This document shows, in pieces, positions 59,558 to 64,000 of a DNA stretch of 64,000 nucleotides. Each line of letters begins with the position of its first letter. Position 1 is the stretch's first letter. The notes below the pieces were generated by a model. It worked only from the letters and a program-made list of their open reading frames with translations, was not told the DNA's origin and did not search any database. The stretch lies in assembly GCA_964353785.1 (NCBI GenBank), contig CAYGWK010000002.1:40293-104292 (forward strand), in the 5' to 3' direction. Both the position numbers and the translations under genes were made by a program. The DNA comes from an uncultured Gammaproteobacteria bacterium (GTDB taxonomy: Bacteria > Patescibacteriota > Microgenomatia > CAYGWK01).

Positions 59558-61666
59558 TCAAGACCTCTTGGCAAGTAGCTGTTCTTGAATATTTTTGGGG
59601 ACTTCTTCGTAATGAGATGGTTCCATGTAATAGGAGGCTCGGCCTTGAGTTAAGGAACGCAAAGTGGTGGCATAACCAGGAATTTCCGCTAAAGGAACCA
59701 AGGCGGTAATCACTCTGGCCGTCCCTCTTGTCTCTGAACCCAAAATTTGGGCCCGACGAGAAGATAGGTCCCCGATAACTGTTCCCATAAATTCATCAGG
59801 AGTGGTCACCTCAAGCTTCATAATGGGCTCAAGTAAAGTCAAATCAGCTTGCTTTACCGCCGACTGTAAAGCCATGCTACCGGCGATTTTAAAGGCAATC
59901 TCTGATGAGTCGACTTCATGAAATGTTCCATCATACACAATCACCTTCATATCAACTAGCGGGTGACCAGACAGAACTCCATTTTCCATTGCCTCTCGGG
60001 CTCCTTTTTCAATTGCCGGAATAAATTCTGAAGGGATGGCTCCACCTTTAATTTCTGATTTAAATTCATAGCCCTCGCCTCTTCCTTTTGGCTCAACTCG
60101 CAAAAAACAGTGTCCATATTGTCCCCGACCTCCGGTTTGCCGGATATACTTTCCTTCAGCTTGAGCTACTTTTTTAATTGTTTCCTTATAAGCAACCTGG
60201 GGAGCGCCGGTTTCTGCTCCGACACCAAATTCCCGCTTCATCCGGTCAACCAAAATCTCCAAATGAAGTTCTCCCATCCCAGAAATTATAGTTTGGCCAG
60301 TTTCAAGGTCAGATTTAATCTTAAATGTTGGGTCTTCTTCGGAAAGCCTACCTAAAGCATAACCTAACTTTTCCTGGTCGGCTCGGGTTTTTGGTTCAAT
60401 CGCCAAAGAGATAACTGGCTCAGGAAATTTGATTGATTCCAAAAGAATAGGATGAGCGGGACCAGCTAAAGTGTCGCCAGTGGTGGTTTTAACCAAGCCT
60501 ATGGCGGCCACAATTTCTCCGGCAAAAACTTCGGAGATCTCCTCACGTTTATTGGCATGCATTAAAAGCAGCCGGCCAACCCTCTCCGGTTCATTTCGGG
60601 TCACGTTTAGGACATTTGAGCCTGATTTTAAGGTCCCTGAATAAATCCGAAGATAAGTCAGTTTTCCAACATGGGGGTCGGTTTGGATTTTAAAAGCCAA
60701 AGCTGAGAAAGGCGCCTCATTTTTAGGCTCGCGGGTCTCTTCCTCATTGGTCTTCGGATTTATTCCCCGGACTGGCGGAACATCCAAGGGAGAAGGAAGA
60801 AAATCAACCACTCCATCCAAAACTGGCTGAACCCCCTTATTACGAAGGGCTGAACCACAAAAAATAGGCACAAGTCTTCCGGAAATAGTTGCTTTCCGCA
60901 AGGCCATCTTTAAATCCGAAAGTGGCGGCTCTTCACCTTTAAGAAATTTCTCAATTAAAACCTCATCTTCAGAGCAGATTTCCTCAACAAGCTTTGCCCG
61001 AGCCTCGTTTACTTCTTTTTCCATCTCTTGGGAAATTTCTATCTCCTCAAACTTGGCTCCAGTTTCATCACTTTGCCAAACTAAGGCTTTCCTTTCTAAA
61101 AGTAGAACTACTCCTAGAAAATCTTGTTCTTTGCCGATAGGTAAGGTTAAAACTGCTGGTTTTGCTCCAAGGCGATCTTTAATCATCTCAATCGTTCGAG
61201 AAAAATTTGCTCCAAGTTTGTCCATCTTGTTAACAAAAACAATCCTGGGAACATTATATCTTGAGGCTTGATGCCAAACAGTCTCTGATTGAGACTGAAC
61301 CCCCTCTTCGGCATCAAAGACAACCACCCCGCCATCTAAAACCCGAAGTGAGCGTTCAACTTCAGCCGTAAAATCAACGTGACCGGGGGTGTCAATAATA
61401 TTTATTCGGGTATCTTTCCAAAAAGCGGTTACTGCTGCGGAAACAATGGTAATCCCTCGCTCCCTTTCTTGAGCCATCCAATCAGTTACCGTTGTTCCCT
61501 CATCAACGGTCCCAAGTTTATAGGTTCTTCCGGTATAAAAAAGAATCCGCTCGGTAGTGGTGGTTTTCCCAGCATCAATATGGGCAATGATGCCAATATT
61601 ACGGACTTTCTCAAGCGGAACAACTCTTTCTTTGGTAATTTCAATTTTTGGTTGTTGTTGAGCCAT
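59558..61666 (-). CDS. fusA: Elongation factor G
   Basis: [24 protein letters not shown]. Confidence 0.99.
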   Translation of the reverse strand: MAQQQPKIEITKERVVPLEKVRNIGIIAHIDAGKTTTTERILFYTGRTYKLGTVDEGTTVTDWMAQERERGITIVSAAVTAFWKDTRINIIDTPGHVDFTAEVERSLRVLDGGVVVFDAEEGVQSQSETVWHQASRYNVPRIVFVNKMDKLGANFSRTIEMIKDRLGAKPAVLTLPIGKEQDFLGVVLLLERKALVWQSDETGAKFEEIEISQEMEKEVNEARAKLVEEICSEDEVLIEKFLKGEEPPLSDLKMALRKATISGRLVPIFCGSALRNKGVQPVLDGVVDFLPSPLDVPPVRGINPKTNEEETREPKNEAPFSALAFKIQTDPHVGKLTYLRIYSGTLKSGSNVLNVTRNEPERVGRLLLMHANKREEISEVFAGEIVAAIGLVKTTTGDTLAGPAHPILLESIKFPEPVISLAIEPKTRADQEKLGYALGRLSEEDPTFKIKSDLETGQTIISGMGELHLEILVDRMKREFGVGAETGAPQVAYKETIKKVAQAEGKYIRQTGGRGQYGHCFLRVEPKGRGEGYEFKSEIKGGAIPSEFIPAIEKGAREAMENGVLSGHPLVDMKVIVYDGTFHEVDSSEIAFKIAGSMALQSAVKQADLTLLEPIMKLEVTTPDEFMGTVIGDLSSRRAQILGSETRGTARVITALVPLAEIPGYATTLRSLTQGRASYYMEPSHYEEVPKNIQEQLLAKRS

Positions 61667-61770
61667 AAAGTTATTTTACCATTTTTAAGCGTACAAAAAA
61701 CTGCTCCATTTCGAAGCAGTTTCGCTTCAGAGAATAGTTTAACAGAATTTTGCTCTCTTTTCAAGAAGAC

Positions 61771-62514
61771 TTATTTTAACTCGAAGACAACGGTAACAAC
61801 TTTACTAACTGTTTCCGTTCCAGGTTCGACAGGCGAACCTCCACCTCCACCTTCTAAGGCCATTCGAAGGACAGTTGGCTGCTGATAACCCTCGGAAACA
61901 GATAGTATCTTTCCTAATTTTCCTCCACTTGAGGTAGCAATCGTTTCAGCTTTTTTCCGGGCATCTTCAATTGCTTCCTTAAGAAGTTCTTCTTCTTTTT
62001 GTTGACCCTCCTCCAGAGAAAAATTAGGTCCAGAAACATTGGTCGCCCCACTTTTCACCAGTAAATCAGCTAAAGCCGAAGCTCGATCAACCTCTCGCAG
62101 GGTGATAGTTATCGAATTATTTACCCGCCATTGCCCTGGCCGGCTTTTCTGTCTTCCTTCCTCATAATAAGTCTCCTCCTGTTGATAAACGCTTAGGTTT
62201 TGAGTTTTTATATCTTCGCTTTTGATACCAAATTCCTTAACCGTTTTAATAATTGCCTCTATTTTTTTGTTAACTTCCTCAATAGCCACATCTTTATTGT
62301 CATTAACAGCACTTACCCCAGCGCTAAAAGTAGCAATCTGGCTTTTTTGTTGCGTTTGGGCTTCTCCAAGAACAGTTATCGTCTTCCCAGGAATAATGGA
62401 AATTTTTCCCCAATTAATTTGGTCCCAGGGAATGAAATAAACACTGGCGAGAAGAATTCCACTTAAAATTAATACCCCGAAGAAAAGCTTAAAACCACCA
62501 AATTTATTATTCAT
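61771..62514 (-). CDS. SIMPL (DUF541) domain protein
   Basis: ITVLGEA, DIKTQN, AIEDARKKA, PG...V.V.F. Confidence 0.88.
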   Translation of the reverse strand: MNNKFGGFKLFFGVLILSGILLASVYFIPWDQINWGKISIIPGKTITVLGEAQTQQKSQIATFSAGVSAVNDNKDVAIEEVNKKIEAIIKTVKEFGIKSEDIKTQNLSVYQQEETYYEEGRQKSRPGQWRVNNSITITLREVDRASALADLLVKSGATNVSGPNFSLEEGQQKEEELLKEAIEDARKKAETIATSSGGKLGKILSVSEGYQQPTVLRMALEGGGGGSPVEPGTETVSKVVTVVFELK

Positions 62515-62576
62515 GAGTAAAAATTAACTAATGTTATCTTAGCGAGCACCAGGGGAAGTTGTCAACCACCAGGAGT

Positions 62577-63059
62577 TTACCATCTAAAGTGGGCGAAGGC
62601 TTTATTCGCTTCGGCCATGCGGTGAACATTTTCTTTTTTCTTCACCGCTCCGCCAGTGCCGGCGGCGGCATCTTCAATCTCCGCTGCCAGTTTTTCGGCA
62701 AAAGTATGAAATTCTTTATTGGAACGAGCTAGGGCAGACTGAATTAACCAGCGAATAGCCAGGGCTTCCTGTCTTTCTCCTCGAACCGGCGCTGGCACCT
62801 GATAAGCCGCTCCCCCGATCCGTCTTGGGCGGACCTCCATTTGCGGCTTAATATTCTCTATTGCCAAATTAAAAACCGAAATAGGTTCCTTTTTAGTTTT
62901 CTCCTTAAGTAAATCAAAAGCCTGAAAAATTTCCCTTTGGGCAACTGTCTTTTTACCTGACCTCATTGTCCGGTTTATCAACTTCGTCACCAAGACTGAC
63001 CCAAAAAGTGGGTCTGGGGAAATTTTTCTTTTTTTAATCCTCTTTTTGCCCCTCGGCAT
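62577..63059 (-). CDS. rpsG: 30S ribosomal protein S7
   Basis: [26 protein letters not shown]. Confidence 0.98.
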   Translation of the reverse strand: MPRGKKRIKKRKISPDPLFGSVLVTKLINRTMRSGKKTVAQREIFQAFDLLKEKTKKEPISVFNLAIENIKPQMEVRPRRIGGAAYQVPAPVRGERQEALAIRWLIQSALARSNKEFHTFAEKLAAEIEDAAAGTGGAVKKKENVHRMAEANKAFAHFRW

Positions 63060-63552
63060 TTTCTCCTCCTTCTGCTTTTGGCTCTTCTGTTTTTGGTTCT
63101 TCAGCAGCCTGAACTCCGACAGTTGCCCCAACCGGAGTTACCGCTCCGGAAATTTTAGTTCCGTAGCGAGAACGACCTTTCTTTCGGCCAACTACTCCAG
63201 TGGTATCGTATTTACCTCGAACAACGTGGTATTTAACTCCAGGCAAATCTTTAACCCTTCCTCCTCTGACTAAAACGATTGAATGCTCGGCTAACTCATG
63301 GCCAATTCCTGGGATATAGGCAGTAATTTCTTGTTTGTTGGAAAGTCTAACCCGAGCCACTTTGCGCAGGGCCGAGTTTGGTTTTTTAGGAGTCATGGTT
63401 TTGACCAACAAAACCACACCCTTTTTAAAGGGACTTTTTACCTCCTTCATCCGTCTTTGTCTAGCATTAAAATATTTTCGCAGGGCGACAACCCGAAGTT
63501 TCTTTTTAATTTTTTTCCTGCCTTTTCGAACCAGTTGATGAATAGTTGGCAT
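63034..63552 (-). CDS. rpsL: 30S ribosomal protein S12 with acidic C-terminal extension
   Basis: [24 protein letters not shown]. Confidence 0.98.
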   Translation of the reverse strand: MPTIHQLVRKGRKKIKKKLRVVALRKYFNARQRRMKEVKSPFKKGVVLLVKTMTPKKPNSALRKVARVRLSNKQEITAYIPGIGHELAEHSIVLVRGGRVKDLPGVKYHVVRGKYDTTGVVGRKKGRSRYGTKISGAVTPVGATVGVQAAEEPKTEEPKAEGGENAEGQKED

Positions 63553-63559
63553 AATTACG

Positions 63560-63652
63560 AAAATTTCCAAATCCTAATTTCTAAGTTCTAAATAAATCCA
63601 AATGACCAAAATTCAAAATTGTTTAGGATTTAGATATTAGTGCTTAGAATTT
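63560..63652. repeat. Heptamer-based imperfect inverted repeat in rpsL leader
   Basis: AAATCCT/TTTAGGA-type units in opposite orientation. Confidence 0.7.
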
Positions 63653-63667
63653 TACCACAATTTAGGT

Positions 63668-64000
63668 TCACTTTTCAATCTTTGCTCTCTCTGGAAGAAC
63701 AGGGATAAGTCTTCCAATAATCACATTTTCTTTAAGTCCCAAAAGTTTATCTTCTCTCCCCTGAACCGCCACATCTGCTAAAACATTAGTTGTCTCCTGA
63801 AAAGAGGCGGCCGAAAGCCAAGACTCGGTATTTATAGCTGTTCTAATTAGCCCCAGAATAACGGTTTGGCCAGTCGCTGGTTGTCCACCACCTTTTTTAA
63901 TTTGAGAATTTTCTTCTTCAAAACGAACTTTATCCACCAGATCCCCAGGCAAAAGAGTCGTCTCTCCCGAAGAAGCAATTCTTACCTTCTCGCTCATTTT
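63668..64000 (-). CDS. rpoC: RNA polymerase beta' subunit, 3' end (partial)
   Basis: SWLSAASFQET, GLKENVIIGRLIP. Confidence 0.97.
   Translation of the reverse strand, partial: KMSEKVRIASSGETTLLPGDLVDKVRFEEENSQIKKGGGQPATGQTVILGLIRTAINTESWLSAASFQETTNVLADVAVQGREDKLLGLKENVIIGRLIPVLPERAKIEK

Overview
Core chromosomal region of a Patescibacteria (CPR) bacterium, most likely Microgenomates. This assignment is an inference from the missing L30, the compact RNase P RNA, trimmed housekeeping proteins and many apparently leaderless genes. The right third holds the rpoC 3' end and the str/S10/spc/alpha ribosomal cluster down to rplM-rpsI. The rest encodes recA/recX/rny, miaAB, rsmH, uppP, comM, secDF, cca, recJ, relA/spoT, aspS, gltX, lon, greA, three tRNAs and rnpB. 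Non-routine signals: (1) An array of six co-oriented accessory genes (three HEPN-like) directly downstream of tRNA-Gln(CTG). The genes are separated by copies of a ~32-38 nt hairpin+CTAGNCCRGYCTGCTCAGCA motif resembling the tRNA 3' end, and no integrase is present in the window. (2) Many short 7/8/9-mer tandem-repeat tracts lying in-frame inside housekeeping genes, with the same repeat families recurring at unrelated loci. (3) A 26-nt hairpin insertion that frameshifts the L29 stop and separates rpsQ from its SD. (4) A twice-repeated 70-nt structured element with a compensatory base-pair change. (5) A 6S-like long hairpin in front of rny. All calls were made by eye; no database searches were run.
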